Shown: in pieces, positions 40,434-50,420 of the stretch
Layout: every line of letters starts with the position of its first letter
Numbering within the stretch: position 1 is the first letter of the stretch
IMG/VR virus record: IMGVR_UViG_3300006056_000027
Span: 56,648-120,647 of that record
From: a virus
Taxonomy: Duplodnaviria > Caudoviricetes
Length of the DNA: 64,000 nt
Reading direction: 5' to 3' (one strand)
Program-made: the position numbers and the translations under genes
Notes under the pieces: generated by a model
The model's input: only the letters and a program-made list of their open reading frames with translations
What the model was told of the DNA's origin: nothing
The model's database searches: none

Positions 40434-41033
40434 TCATTTTGTTTGTTCTGTTATTTCTTTGCCTAAGAATGTATATCTTCTTACAACTTGAGAATCATCA
40501 TTTACAGATGTCCCAATGCTGCTTTTAATAAGTTTACAATCTTGGATTAGGATTGATGACGCAAAGCCATCATTTTTAATATTATTTGAATTATCAAATT
40601 CTACAAGAATATTGAATCCGTATGGTAGCGTAACCACTCCACTCGTTTCAACAACATTCGCTTGATAATCTCTTAATAGTTTTAAGTCCTTCATATCTTC
40701 TAGACTCATATTTTGTAAGTCATCTTCTGATATGTTTTCTATATTTTTCTCTGGTTTAGTTAACTCTTCTATTGCGCGATTCTTCATCACTTCTTGAATT
40801 GCAAAAGTCATATAAGAAGTATGACACATGTTTAAGTCTATGTATCCACTAACTATGTAATTGCCTTGTGTGATAAATCCAAATTTACTATCTCCTAATC
40901 CGTACACTGGATAGGATGTAGATTCTTCTTCCATCATAATGCCGTTTAGTTTATCTAGATAGATTTGTTGACCTCCTCTAACAAGATAGACGTAGCAGTC
41001 TGCAGATGAGTAGTATTGATTATATAGTGCCAT
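40434..41033 (-). CDS. Tail tube-fold paralog 3 (tube initiator-like)
   Basis: YYSSADCYV...PVYGLG...QGNYIVSGYI...SVNDD...YTFLGK aligns by eye with the main tube protein. Confidence 0.65.
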   Translation of the reverse strand: MALYNQYYSSADCYVYLVRGGQQIYLDKLNGIMMEEESTSYPVYGLGDSKFGFITQGNYIVSGYIDLNMCHTSYMTFAIQEVMKNRAIEELTKPEKNIENISEDDLQNMSLEDMKDLKLLRDYQANVVETSGVVTLPYGFNILVEFDNSNNIKNDGFASSILIQDCKLIKSSIGTSVNDDSQVVRRYTFLGKEITEQTK

Positions 41034-41034
41034 A

Positions 41035-41766
41035 TTATTTAACCTTTCTCATTAGTAGAGCTGTTGCTGAATTTGCTATTCTATTATTAGCTATACCAGC
41101 AGATCCACTGCTCACATCATCCATAGTCTTAACGCTCCTTGCAACATAAGATAGTGTTGATTCTGTAATGATATCATTAACCGACATGACTTGGCCATTG
41201 TTGATAAAGTTAGCACCATAGATGACTTCATGTTTAACTGCACCTGTAAGTTCTGATGCATATACGATATTAATATCACAAGTTATCAAATCATCCTTCA
41301 TGATGTTCTGAACTTCTTTTGACTTAGCTGGGATTATGATATCTGCTATTTGTTTATTTTGTAGATTGTCTTTTACTATATTTAGGAATCCATTAAATTC
41401 GTCATCTGCAAAAACTGATTTGATTAAGCTGCCAGCCACGTATTTGTTTCCGATAGCAAACCCATCAATAGTATTATCGCCACAGTTAAATACTGATTGC
41501 TTGCTTCTGTATACTGAATAACTGATTGTGATTACGGATCCAAAGTAGATTGGAACAGATATGATGTTGTCGTTTTTATCTAGTAAGTGAAAGTCGATAT
41601 AGATATGAGTAGAAGATCCGCCATAGGATCTGAATTGATTAAGTGATTCTTTTGATAAGAACTTAGTAGTGTCTTTAACTATCTTGTTATTGGCTTCGTT
41701 GATACCAAATCCAGTAGCCTTATTAAACTCTTCTGTTATTCCATCCGTATTAATTTGTAGTGCCAT
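41035..41766 (-). CDS. Tail tube-fold paralog 2
   Basis: FRSYGGS...ISYS...IGNKYVAGSLI...MSVNDIITESTLSYVAR aligns with 41840-42460. Confidence 0.7.
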   Translation of the reverse strand: MALQINTDGITEEFNKATGFGINEANNKIVKDTTKFLSKESLNQFRSYGGSSTHIYIDFHLLDKNDNIISVPIYFGSVITISYSVYRSKQSVFNCGDNTIDGFAIGNKYVAGSLIKSVFADDEFNGFLNIVKDNLQNKQIADIIIPAKSKEVQNIMKDDLITCDINIVYASELTGAVKHEVIYGANFINNGQVMSVNDIITESTLSYVARSVKTMDDVSSGSAGIANNRIANSATALLMRKVK

Positions 41767-41781
41767 TAAGTTTCCTCCAAT

Positions 41782-41807
41782 AAAAATGCCCAGACATACT
41801 GGGCATT
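41782..41807 (-). terminator. Intrinsic terminator after the tail tube gene
   Basis: Minus strand reads AATGCCCAG-TATGT-CTGGGCATT-TTT. Confidence 0.75.
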
Positions 41808-41839
41808 ATATATGAACGGTTTATGAAATTTCTATTACA

Positions 41840-42460
41840 TTATTTCAATTTTGCTTTGATTGGGTTACGAACCGCAGACCAAGGCTCAATACGTCTTGCG
41901 ATGAATGAAACTTGTTTTTCAAGAACCATATCGTCGATAGACATACCACCAGCTTCAGTCATCAATTCTACGCCTTTGATAACCATTCTAGATACGTTAC
42001 CATACTCGTTAGAGCCTACGATTGTAATATCGAATGGTAGTAATTGATCTAGATGGAAAGCATATTCTTGTTCAGTGAAGTCTTCAGGATTGTTATAACG
42101 AGCTCCTGAAAGAACACTAGCTGTACCGCCAGATTTTGCAGCTTCATCGAACACTCCACCACCGTTTCTTTGTGCAAGTTCATCTTTGCTAATGAAAGGA
42201 CGTTTTTCTTTGCCGTTCTCTAAGTTCATCGCTTCAAGTAAAGCATCTTTATCAAATACAACGAATACGCAAGCGCCTGTAATTAATCTCTTACCACGAG
42301 CAATAGTTCTAAGGTCTGGTGAGCCCATTGTGTAAACTGGAGCCTTCTCTCTGTCCTGCTTGTAAGAAATCATTTGGATTTGACCAAAGATAGTGCTACC
42401 AAACACGGCATGGATGTCAGAACCTGAATAACTTGCGAATGTATTAATATTCTCTGCCAT
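41840..42460 (-). CDS. Major tail tube protein
   Basis: Follows the sheath gene, strong AGGAG RBS, own terminator. FASYSGSDI...RGKRLITG...DQLLPFDITI...SFIAR. Confidence 0.75.
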   Translation of the reverse strand: MAENINTFASYSGSDIHAVFGSTIFGQIQMISYKQDREKAPVYTMGSPDLRTIARGKRLITGACVFVVFDKDALLEAMNLENGKEKRPFISKDELAQRNGGGVFDEAAKSGGTASVLSGARYNNPEDFTEQEYAFHLDQLLPFDITIVGSNEYGNVSRMVIKGVELMTEAGGMSIDDMVLEKQVSFIARRIEPWSAVRNPIKAKLK

Positions 42461-42475
42461 TTTTATTTATCTCCT

Positions 42476-42501
42476 AAAAAGAGGGAGGCTAGCTCCCCCT
42501 T
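42476..42501 (-). terminator. Terminator-like hairpin between sheath and tube genes
   Basis: Minus strand reads AGGGGGAG-CTAGC-CTCCCTCT-TTTT and abuts the tube RBS AGGAG. Confidence 0.65.
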
Positions 42502-42504
42502 GTA

Positions 42505-44670
42505 TTAAATATCGTATGATAATTTAACGATATTATTAATGTCTCTCAGTTCAAACACTGGAACTACTGTATAAGGTATTGTAACCCCGAATACGCTAGT
42601 TGGAATAACTGTAGCCACGTACTTCTTAATCATTCCAGCTCTTGCGCCTTCTTGGAATACGCTATCAACAGCAGTCTGCATAGCAGCCAATTTGATCTCG
42701 TCGATTCCTTTACCTAGGTAAACATCAAGTCTAGTACGAATTCTGTTTGTCAATTCTCTGATGATAATTGATGTAGAAATGTAGTCATAGTCTGAATTAG
42801 GATTTGTAGCTAACTCACCTGAACAACATACAACGCCTCTTGTTTTCTCTTGGAATACAACATAACCAACTAATGACAATTCATCTAGTTTAACTTTCTT
42901 GATTTGGAAAGGTAAAGATACTCTTGGTAGCAATTCGTTTGTTGTTGAATTACCTGGAGTAACTGTTGTCACTAAGCCAGTATACATAGCGGCAGCGTTA
43001 GTAGTTGAAGCAATTAAACCTGAAGAGCTAATTGTAGGAACACTAATAACTGCAGGTACAACTGAAAGGAATTTACCTAAATCAATTAATGCACCATTAC
43101 TATCTGTTTGTGGAATGCCGTCTGGGAAACCAGAATCTGTATGGTAGAAACCACCAACTCTTGTTGTAGAACCAGCCATGAACTTGTTACCAAGTAAACC
43201 AGTACCATTCCCAATGATAGCTCCTTCAATGTCAGTCTCTGGAAGAGTACCAATCCAGGCAGCGATCTTAGCATTTGTAAATGCAACAGGACCTGATGTA
43301 CCGATAGAGCAAAGAACAAATCTTTCATTCTCAGTGATAGAGAACGCAAACTCACCTAATTGATGCACAAAGTTAACTTCGTTAAATTTCTTGTAGATAA
43401 TAGGTTGACCACTTGTGTCAAGATCAGTATCAACTGTAATAACTGGTTTAGCATAAACAACTTCAATGTTACCTACGCCAATAGTAGCGTTAAGAGTAAC
43501 AAGATCTGTTGTAGCATCGAATGTATAAGCATGTGCAACTCCACCAACCGATACAGAAATGATTTGAGTATCAGCACTTGCAGCACCAGTTAATGCGTAA
43601 TCTACAGATGCACCTGTACCATCAAATGTTTGTGTTGCTTTGTATAGAGTTTTTGATCCTGACCATTCGTAGGTTACATCGCCATTAGCGTCTGTTCCTT
43701 TTAGTAAGTAGTCAAGTTTATCAGTAGCAACTGATCCATCTGCTACGTTTGGAGCGTCAAGAATAGCTTTGTCTACGTAAACTTCAGTAGCGATTGTTGT
43801 TTCTAAATCTGTATATGCCTTATCTAAAAGTTCATAATACTTCTTATATGAAGCACCAATGTTGTTTTCACCAGCAGAATATGATGCACCTGCAACTGTT
43901 ACTGGACGATTGAATTTGATTTCAATTGTTGCCAAGTTAGCTGGAGCCACTGCGAATGTGATTTCATCTGCACCAGCAGTACCAGAACCAATACCTACTG
44001 TGTAAGCTGTTGTTAATGTTCCGTTTACTTTGATGTATTCGATTACTGTTGATGCGCTTGATGTTCCAGGAAGATCAAAGTCAGTTAATACAGCGTTACC
44101 AACTTGGTTGGAAATAACATCTGCTTTTAATGCAGCTAAAGCACTTTCTAGTAACACTGGTGATGTAGGAGTACCTACTCTATATGCAAAGTCTACATCG
44201 AATCCTTCAACTGTAATCTTACCTAGGTTAACTAATGCACCAGGGATATTAGAATAAACAATTTTTGATCCTTCAAATACAACTAAGCAAGCATCAGCAG
44301 CGTTATTTGGTTGAGGACCTAGATAGATTGAATACTTAGAACCAGCTGTTGATGATTGTTCAACAGTAGCAATAGATGTGTCATCGCCAAATAAGTTTTT
44401 AAGCTCTGCGGCTTTTCCACCAATTCTATAAAGCACTACATTCTTAGCGCCACCTAGTTTGATCTCATTTGCTTTTTTAATTATAGGAGAATCTTCTCCG
44501 TATGTTTTTCTAGCCAGATTGGAATCTCTTACAAGCACTTGCTGATCAGTAGGACCTGAGTAAGCTGTACCTATAACAAGAACAACGGGACCACTAATGG
44601 TATCGTCTACAATCAAGTTACCATCTAGCAGTTCTAGTCTATTAGCTGGTAAGTTTCTATATGTTGGCAT
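42505..44670 (-). CDS. Contractile tail sheath protein
   Basis: N-terminal MPTYRNLP...VLVIGTAYSGP...GGAKNVVLYRIG; C-terminal LDELS..GYVVF...YLGKG...VPVFELRDINNIV. ATG 44670 has a GGAG RBS (ORF track start is 44685). Confidence 0.88.
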   Translation of the reverse strand: MPTYRNLPANRLELLDGNLIVDDTISGPVVLVIGTAYSGPTDQQVLVRDSNLARKTYGEDSPIIKKANEIKLGGAKNVVLYRIGGKAAELKNLFGDDTSIATVEQSSTAGSKYSIYLGPQPNNAADACLVVFEGSKIVYSNIPGALVNLGKITVEGFDVDFAYRVGTPTSPVLLESALAALKADVISNQVGNAVLTDFDLPGTSSASTVIEYIKVNGTLTTAYTVGIGSGTAGADEITFAVAPANLATIEIKFNRPVTVAGASYSAGENNIGASYKKYYELLDKAYTDLETTIATEVYVDKAILDAPNVADGSVATDKLDYLLKGTDANGDVTYEWSGSKTLYKATQTFDGTGASVDYALTGAASADTQIISVSVGGVAHAYTFDATTDLVTLNATIGVGNIEVVYAKPVITVDTDLDTSGQPIIYKKFNEVNFVHQLGEFAFSITENERFVLCSIGTSGPVAFTNAKIAAWIGTLPETDIEGAIIGNGTGLLGNKFMAGSTTRVGGFYHTDSGFPDGIPQTDSNGALIDLGKFLSVVPAVISVPTISSSGLIASTTNAAAMYTGLVTTVTPGNSTTNELLPRVSLPFQIKKVKLDELSLVGYVVFQEKTRGVVCCSGELATNPNSDYDYISTSIIIRELTNRIRTRLDVYLGKGIDEIKLAAMQTAVDSVFQEGARAGMIKKYVATVIPTSVFGVTIPYTVVPVFELRDINNIVKLSYDI

Positions 44671-44700
44671 TAATTTTTTCTCCAATTAGATTGTTTAGAT

Positions 44701-45390
44701 CTATTTAATGTCTTCTCGTATTAATTGTGGCAATTTATTTAATATTGCTTGTTTAGAACAACTAATCTCGTATGTTCTAATAAATAATCTTACAGGAACT
44801 CCAATCAATCGTTTGTCTCCATAAGAAGTTTTAATTATTGGCGTTCCTCGTTCTCTAAATACTGCTGCTCCAACGCGTTGCTTGATATAATAGTAAGAAG
44901 ACAAAAATGTATTCTCAATTAGTGATGCAATGTTTTTAGCATATTTTGCTTTTTTAGCCCAGCAATAAAAAGTAATTTCATTATCATATGGCTGTAACCA
45001 ATATGTTGTCGAGCCGCCATTTTCCATGTCTTGTTGTTCACATAAGAGCATTGGCCTATAGTTTGTATGTGATGCGGACATATATTCCGTTTTAGCTTTT
45101 AAATCCGCACACTTTCTATGAGTCACTTCAAATGTAACAGTACATGAGTCTGTCTCTACTTCGTCTGGATATTCCTCTGTAAAAACAAATTTATTATATT
45201 TATCGTTTTCAAGTATTGAATCGTTTCTTTCCAAAAGAGAGTTCGTATCAAAAAGATGGTAAAATAGATCGTAAATATTGTCAACACTTATATACTGATT
45301 TTTAATATCTTCTGGATTTGTTGACGATAAGTTTAACATTTCCATCGAATCTTTTCGAATCTTATTAAGCAACAGACTGTAATTATCCAT
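44701..45390 (-). CDS. Putative tail terminator / tail completion protein
   Basis: Immediately upstream of the sheath; YDNEITFYCWAK...A-x-x-I-A-x-L-I-E pattern. ATG 45390 has a GAAGGA RBS. Confidence 0.5.
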   Translation of the reverse strand: MDNYSLLLNKIRKDSMEMLNLSSTNPEDIKNQYISVDNIYDLFYHLFDTNSLLERNDSILENDKYNKFVFTEEYPDEVETDSCTVTFEVTHRKCADLKAKTEYMSASHTNYRPMLLCEQQDMENGGSTTYWLQPYDNEITFYCWAKKAKYAKNIASLIENTFLSSYYYIKQRVGAAVFRERGTPIIKTSYGDKRLIGVPVRLFIRTYEISCSKQAILNKLPQLIREDIK

Positions 45391-45391
45391 A

Positions 45392-45919
45392 TTAAGTTCC
45401 TTCAACTATGGTAGACATATAAAATTCTACCTTATTATAATCTAATCTCATAGGTTTACCAGATACAACTAAGTGTTTCTTTTCTTTAACTACTGGAACT
45501 GTTATTCCACCGTTATCGTTGCAATTCACTTCATAAAGTATATCACCACTATCTATTTTATATTCCACTGGAGTTATTAATAGATTTGATCCATTCTTCG
45601 TTCTGCCTACGTTAGCAGCATATCCCATTTGGTCAGATAGTCTTATGTATTGAGGCCTATAAATATAGCCCACTATAAGCTTCTCATCCCATAGATATCC
45701 AACACCATCACAGTCTGGACATCCAGTTCTACCTTCGTTGCTATAATCCTTGTTGCATGTTTTACAGATTCTTTTACCAATATATGGATAATGGTCAATG
45801 TCTTTTCGCATCTGTCGTTGCAAGAGGATATTAAACTTTGGCGTTCCGAAATCTTTGCCAGAAAGTATATCTATAACTTCTTGCCTTAGATCTATTTCCA
45901 GATTATTTATATTGGTCAT
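45392..45919 (-). CDS. Putative head-closure/neck protein with Zn-finger insertion
   Basis: Neck position; CKTC...CPDCDGVGY. Confidence 0.55.
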   Translation of the reverse strand: MTNINNLEIDLRQEVIDILSGKDFGTPKFNILLQRQMRKDIDHYPYIGKRICKTCNKDYSNEGRTGCPDCDGVGYLWDEKLIVGYIYRPQYIRLSDQMGYAANVGRTKNGSNLLITPVEYKIDSGDILYEVNCNDNGGITVPVVKEKKHLVVSGKPMRLDYNKVEFYMSTIVEGT

Positions 45920-46571
45920 AATAAACAGTATTAACTGCCCCTATTTTTTGATTTGATTTAGCATTGCTATTATATTGCTTAGTACCAGCCACTGGAACAG
46001 ATCTGATTGGATAGTCGTGCCACCACTCTCTTTCTGAAACCTTAGACGATGTGTTACATTCGCCTTTAACAAATGTAGCCATCATAGCTGTTGAATCATT
46101 CCATGTTTGGAACATTGCTTTAATAGCTGATATGCATTCTGATGCGCTATCTAATTTATCTTTAATAAAGACAGGATTCTTAGATATGCCAAGACTGATC
46201 TTGACGTCACCCATGAACTTATCTTTGTTTGTAGAGCTTAGATAGTCTAAATAGATAACACTACCAAGACGAGCTATTCCGTAGCATGTAACATAATCTC
46301 TTTTAATAAGAGCTAATTGTTGAGCTGTAAGTTTTTGATTCAATCCGTACATTGATATAAAGTTATCAACTTCAATTGAACCATTAAACACAAGCTCTCT
46401 CACTTGATCTATATAGGCCGTAGACGTTGGTTCTAAGAATTCCTGCATGATATCATACTCGGTACAATACATAGGGCTTAGTAGAGTGTTTACGGCGATA
46501 GAGTCGATTTGTAATACTTCATCAGCATTGTTAGTTATGCCTTCAAAGCTTATTGTAAATAATTCATTCAT
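45903..46571 (-). CDS. Putative head-tail adaptor
   Basis: Neck position; PMYCTEYD...SIEVD...KFMGDVKIS pattern resembles adaptor proteins. Confidence 0.5.
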   Translation of the reverse strand: MNELFTISFEGITNNADEVLQIDSIAVNTLLSPMYCTEYDIMQEFLEPTSTAYIDQVRELVFNGSIEVDNFISMYGLNQKLTAQQLALIKRDYVTCYGIARLGSVIYLDYLSSTNKDKFMGDVKISLGISKNPVFIKDKLDSASECISAIKAMFQTWNDSTAMMATFVKGECNTSSKVSEREWWHDYPIRSVPVAGTKQYNSNAKSNQKIGAVNTVYYDQYK

Positions 46572-47650
46572 TCTGCTACCACCTCATATCTTGCTCCTAA
46601 TAGTATTCCTTCTCTATTTGTTACAGAGAATCTAATTGATCTACTAGATAGGATCTTATAAGTTATAAGATATCTTTGTGATGGATTGTAATAACCTAAT
46701 GACTCAAGTATGTAATTACCATACGCTTCTGATAAGTCTATTTTAAACGAATTAGGAGTAACTGATTCTGCTTTTATGTCTTGTGAGAAGGTTAGTATGA
46801 ATGTGGATAAACCAATATAAGACAATGAAACAGTTGTTGCAGTTGGTGACTGAACTACTGGAGCTGGCGTCTGACCAAATACATTGTTTTGATAAAAGTT
46901 TAATATATCTGTGTATTCTAATCTTTGAGATGGATTGTCTTCAAGCTTGATAACATCTGCATCAATGAATGTAGATATTTCCTGAATCTTATTGCCGCTT
47001 AATCTAATACAGTCATCAAGAACTACTCTAAACTTCTCTCCTGAAATAAACGGGAATGATGAATTAAACTTAATACTTGTTGATGGGTTAAGAACTAGAT
47101 TTGTAGATAAGATATCAATTTCAAGATTGGAAGAGATTACAACACTATTCTTGGATACGTTAACCCTAATTTTGTGCTGACCATTGCTTAATACGGATGT
47201 TTGAATTACGTCAATATCGTATTGTGCTATTTCATTAATCAATACAGATGATTCTGTAATTACTCTAATGCTGGAATTGCCTACGCTAATAGGTTTAGTC
47301 TTTGTGTAGTATTGTGGCTGTAGTCCTTTCTCAATAAACAACATGTATTTTGAGTTTGTGTACAACTTGCTAGATGGGGTTATTTTAAGTGAGTTATCTA
47401 AATCGTTAAATGTGAATGTGTAGTCTACAAGACCGAATCTTTCTTTAACGTATTGGATTTGTTTATAATTAGGATCGCCAACCGATGGCCAAACATGATC
47501 ATCATCTATTCTTGACAATGATACATATTGTTCAATGTCCTCAAGATCTGGTTTACCTGAAAACAGAATAGATACGCTCTCCTCAATTGGAAGAGCGTTT
47601 AATTGATGCGTATTGTTTTTTATTCCTATAACATCAATCAATATAGTCAT
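46568..47650 (-). CDS. Virion protein with Ig-like domains
   Basis: VSILFS...LKITPSSKLYTNSKYMLFIEKGL and ILTFSQDIKAESVT resemble Big_5/SbsA-type Ig domains. Confidence 0.5.
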   Translation of the reverse strand: MTILIDVIGIKNNTHQLNALPIEESVSILFSGKPDLEDIEQYVSLSRIDDDHVWPSVGDPNYKQIQYVKERFGLVDYTFTFNDLDNSLKITPSSKLYTNSKYMLFIEKGLQPQYYTKTKPISVGNSSIRVITESSVLINEIAQYDIDVIQTSVLSNGQHKIRVNVSKNSVVISSNLEIDILSTNLVLNPSTSIKFNSSFPFISGEKFRVVLDDCIRLSGNKIQEISTFIDADVIKLEDNPSQRLEYTDILNFYQNNVFGQTPAPVVQSPTATTVSLSYIGLSTFILTFSQDIKAESVTPNSFKIDLSEAYGNYILESLGYYNPSQRYLITYKILSSRSIRFSVTNREGILLGARYEVVAE

Positions 47651-47652
47651 GG

Positions 47653-48138
47653 TTAAACTTCTGTAAGTGCAGCGATAATTGTCGCTCTATTTTTATTTGC
47701 TTTTTCTAGCTCTAATACTGTTTCAGTATCTACTTCGGAAAGTTTAGCTGATCTAATCTTTTCTAATACTTGTTTCACGGATCCATCAAGGATGCCTGCG
47801 ATGTCTACTTGCACTTCTTCTTTTTCATCTTCTTCGTACTCCACATCTAAAACTTCTGCTACTACTTCTTCTACGAATTCTACGACCTTCATAACGTCTT
47901 GTATGAATCCGTACTGTTTTTGTAATCCAACTCTGGTAAGAGGATCTTTAACAAAGCGTAATAGGTCTTCGGCTTGAATATCTGCCTCAACAATTCCGCC
48001 AATAATAGAAGATACTAATCCTTGAATGAAACCATCAGGCCTGTCTGATAGATCTACTTCTGTAGAGTTATTCTTTGTTAGCACTAAATCTTCTAAAAAG
48101 TAGAATGCTGATTTAATAAGTGCGACATTAATTTTCAT
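47653..48138 (-). CDS. Head-associated hypothetical protein
   Basis: Follows the capsid gene; acidic linker and C-terminal LELEKANKNRATIIAAL helix pair. Confidence 0.5.
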   Translation of the reverse strand: MKINVALIKSAFYFLEDLVLTKNNSTEVDLSDRPDGFIQGLVSSIIGGIVEADIQAEDLLRFVKDPLTRVGLQKQYGFIQDVMKVVEFVEEVVAEVLDVEYEEDEKEEVQVDIAGILDGSVKQVLEKIRSAKLSEVDTETVLELEKANKNRATIIAALTEV

Positions 48139-48157
48139 ATTTATATTCCCTAGACTT

Positions 48158-48186
48158 AAAAAGGGGGCGCTAAGCCCCCTTCTTTT
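48158..48186 (-). terminator. Intrinsic terminator after the major capsid gene
   Basis: Minus strand reads AAGGGGGC-TTAGC-GCCCCCTT-TTT. Confidence 0.85.
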
Positions 48187-48205
48187 GTTTGCGCCTTAAA
48201 CGTTA

Positions 48206-49435
48206 TTAAGGTTTTTGTACGATTGGAGCTAAACCGCTAATTGTAGCCTGTGGAGGCAGAACTAGAGCATTAGGCTCAACACTGATATTTCTTGCAATCG
48301 AGATGCCTTGGCCTTGGTTATACAATGCAAAACCATAACGCTCTCTCATCTTGATCTTATAGATATCAGTTGACTGATCTTTCCATTCTTCCATGTGTGG
48401 ATCTTCACTAACAACCATAGCACCAACTTGGTTGGTATCAATCATAATGATTGAAGTTGTTTTGTTTAGTGGATCAAACGGCACGTGTGCAGTTGGGATC
48501 ACTGTAATTCCACCAAATGGGAACATTGAAGGGAAGCCCATTTTAGATTGCTGTGTTCCTTCTCTTTCTTCTTTTGTTGGGTTAGTAACTGTAGGACCAG
48601 TTAACTTACCTGCTGATTTCCATGCTTGGCTCATTGATGGATACACGTTTGCTGGGGATCCATTGAACCAGTTGCCTAGCCCACTACCAGTTTCAAGAAC
48701 GATAGAACGCATGTTCGGATCTTTTACAAACATTGCCCATGTTAAAGGATGACATAGAACTACGTTTGGTGTGAAGCCTCTTTCTAGAGTCTTAGCATAC
48801 ATATCGTAGAAATCATCTACTGTCATTGAACCATTACCAGCACCAGCTAAGTTACGACCAGTTGTACGTCCAATTTCAGCTGTTGTTGGGTTTAAGTTAT
48901 CGAAGATAACAACGCCAGCAGCATTAAGCATGTTGAAAATCAATCTTTCTTTGTGTCTAGCCAGAGCACGTGAAGCTTGTCTAACATGTAGACCGATAAC
49001 ATCCCATTGTGATTGGTTAATCATTTCTTCAGATACTTTGATCGCGATACCGTGTTTACCGATATTCGCAGTAGCTGTACCACCACCCTTTTGGATGCTG
49101 AATTCTGGATATTCTTGACCTTCAGACATTGATAGATCAGCAGGACCAGTAGCACCAAGTGTACCGAAGTTCACCTGTGTACCATATCCGTCCATACGGA
49201 TAACATCAATTAGTCTTGTACCAATAAGGATTGGTTCAATAGCTTCTTGGATAACTTCAGTAATAACACGTTTGAAAGCCATTGGAGCACTAGGAGTTGT
49301 GATGGTATCTCTTAAAGCGACTTTAGCGCCAACTTCTGATACACCACTATTTCTAAATGTAAAGGCAAGATCATTAATCTCGTCTTTCATTTTTAATTCT
49401 TTTTCGCTCCAAGGAGTTTGGTGAATTCTTGACAT
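48206..49435 (-). CDS. Major capsid protein (HK97 fold)
   Basis: EGQEYPE...KHGIAIKVSEEMINQSQWDVI...ALARHKE...PNVVLCHP...IKMRERYG; strong RBS and terminator; follows protease and decoration genes. Confidence 0.9.
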   Translation of the reverse strand: MSRIHQTPWSEKELKMKDEINDLAFTFRNSGVSEVGAKVALRDTITTPSAPMAFKRVITEVIQEAIEPILIGTRLIDVIRMDGYGTQVNFGTLGATGPADLSMSEGQEYPEFSIQKGGGTATANIGKHGIAIKVSEEMINQSQWDVIGLHVRQASRALARHKERLIFNMLNAAGVVIFDNLNPTTAEIGRTTGRNLAGAGNGSMTVDDFYDMYAKTLERGFTPNVVLCHPLTWAMFVKDPNMRSIVLETGSGLGNWFNGSPANVYPSMSQAWKSAGKLTGPTVTNPTKEEREGTQQSKMGFPSMFPFGGITVIPTAHVPFDPLNKTTSIIMIDTNQVGAMVVSEDPHMEEWKDQSTDIYKIKMRERYGFALYNQGQGISIARNISVEPNALVLPPQATISGLAPIVQKP

Positions 49436-49473
49436 AATATTTAATATTCCTTTCTAGTTATTTTATTTGTCTA

Positions 49474-50418
49474 TTAACGATTTAAGCAGATTCTAACTAG
49501 GCCATACCCGCCAGAATATGTAATGGTGTCAGACTTACCTACTGTAGCAGTACCAGGCATTGCCTCTAATACAGAAACTCCGTTTTGCGCAGTTCTTACT
49601 CTGTCTAGTAATTGGAATGGACCAGATCCTCTTACGGATGTTACTTGCCCTAGGACGTCTTCTTCGCTGAATGAACCATAATCATAACCTGAAACAACGA
49701 AGTTTGAGTTCAGATCATAAGATACAAACATACCAGGCTTAACAGTTCCAGCAGCAGCAACGCATGCAGCAATACCTGGGAATGGAGCAGCTTTGTATGT
49801 AGCTGTGTCTTGCACTAATGGCAATTCAATTTGGTAGTATCTTAAGAACCCAATACGTGATTGTAGGTTATAGTTAGATCTATTGAATGTAGCTGGGTTG
49901 ATACCGTCACCACCTGGATGTGGCCAGCAATCCATATATGTAATACCAATGGCACTAGATATAGTGTTCAATTGAACAAGGGGAAGAGCTGTAATATTGA
50001 AGAATGATTTAACAACTGGTTCGCCAACAGTAACTGCTGCGCCTGCTGCATTCTTAACACCATTTTGTACATCTACTGCTGTATATTTGTCAATAGTAGT
50101 TAGTGCATCACCAAGAGCAAGTCCAGCGCCAATGTTTGCGCCTGCATCAGCTGCAACTTTATAAGCTGCTGCTTGAAGTCTTAGACCAGCAGGTACTACA
50201 TACCCAGACACGTCAAAGCCAACTACTTTACCTTGTGAAAGAACTTTAAACTCTCTATTGTATGCGTCATATCTTACAAGAGGTAGATATGGTGCTATTT
50301 GGAATTCCCCAGCAGGACGGTATCCTTCTGAGAATTCAACGTTAGGGGTAATATGACCCCAATCATCCCATTCCTTATAGCCTTGAGTTGGGTTGATTGA
50401 AAATTGGTTAGCTGCCAT
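49474..50418 (-). CDS. Putative capsid decoration/stabilising protein
   Basis: Ala/Gly-rich 314 aa between scaffold and capsid; GKVVGFD..GYVVPAG and VKPGMFV beta-tulip-like segments. Confidence 0.55.
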   Translation of the reverse strand: MAANQFSINPTQGYKEWDDWGHITPNVEFSEGYRPAGEFQIAPYLPLVRYDAYNREFKVLSQGKVVGFDVSGYVVPAGLRLQAAAYKVAADAGANIGAGLALGDALTTIDKYTAVDVQNGVKNAAGAAVTVGEPVVKSFFNITALPLVQLNTISSAIGITYMDCWPHPGGDGINPATFNRSNYNLQSRIGFLRYYQIELPLVQDTATYKAAPFPGIAACVAAAGTVKPGMFVSYDLNSNFVVSGYDYGSFSEEDVLGQVTSVRGSGPFQLLDRVRTAQNGVSVLEAMPGTATVGKSDTITYSGGYGLVRICLNR

Positions 50419-50420
50419 GT

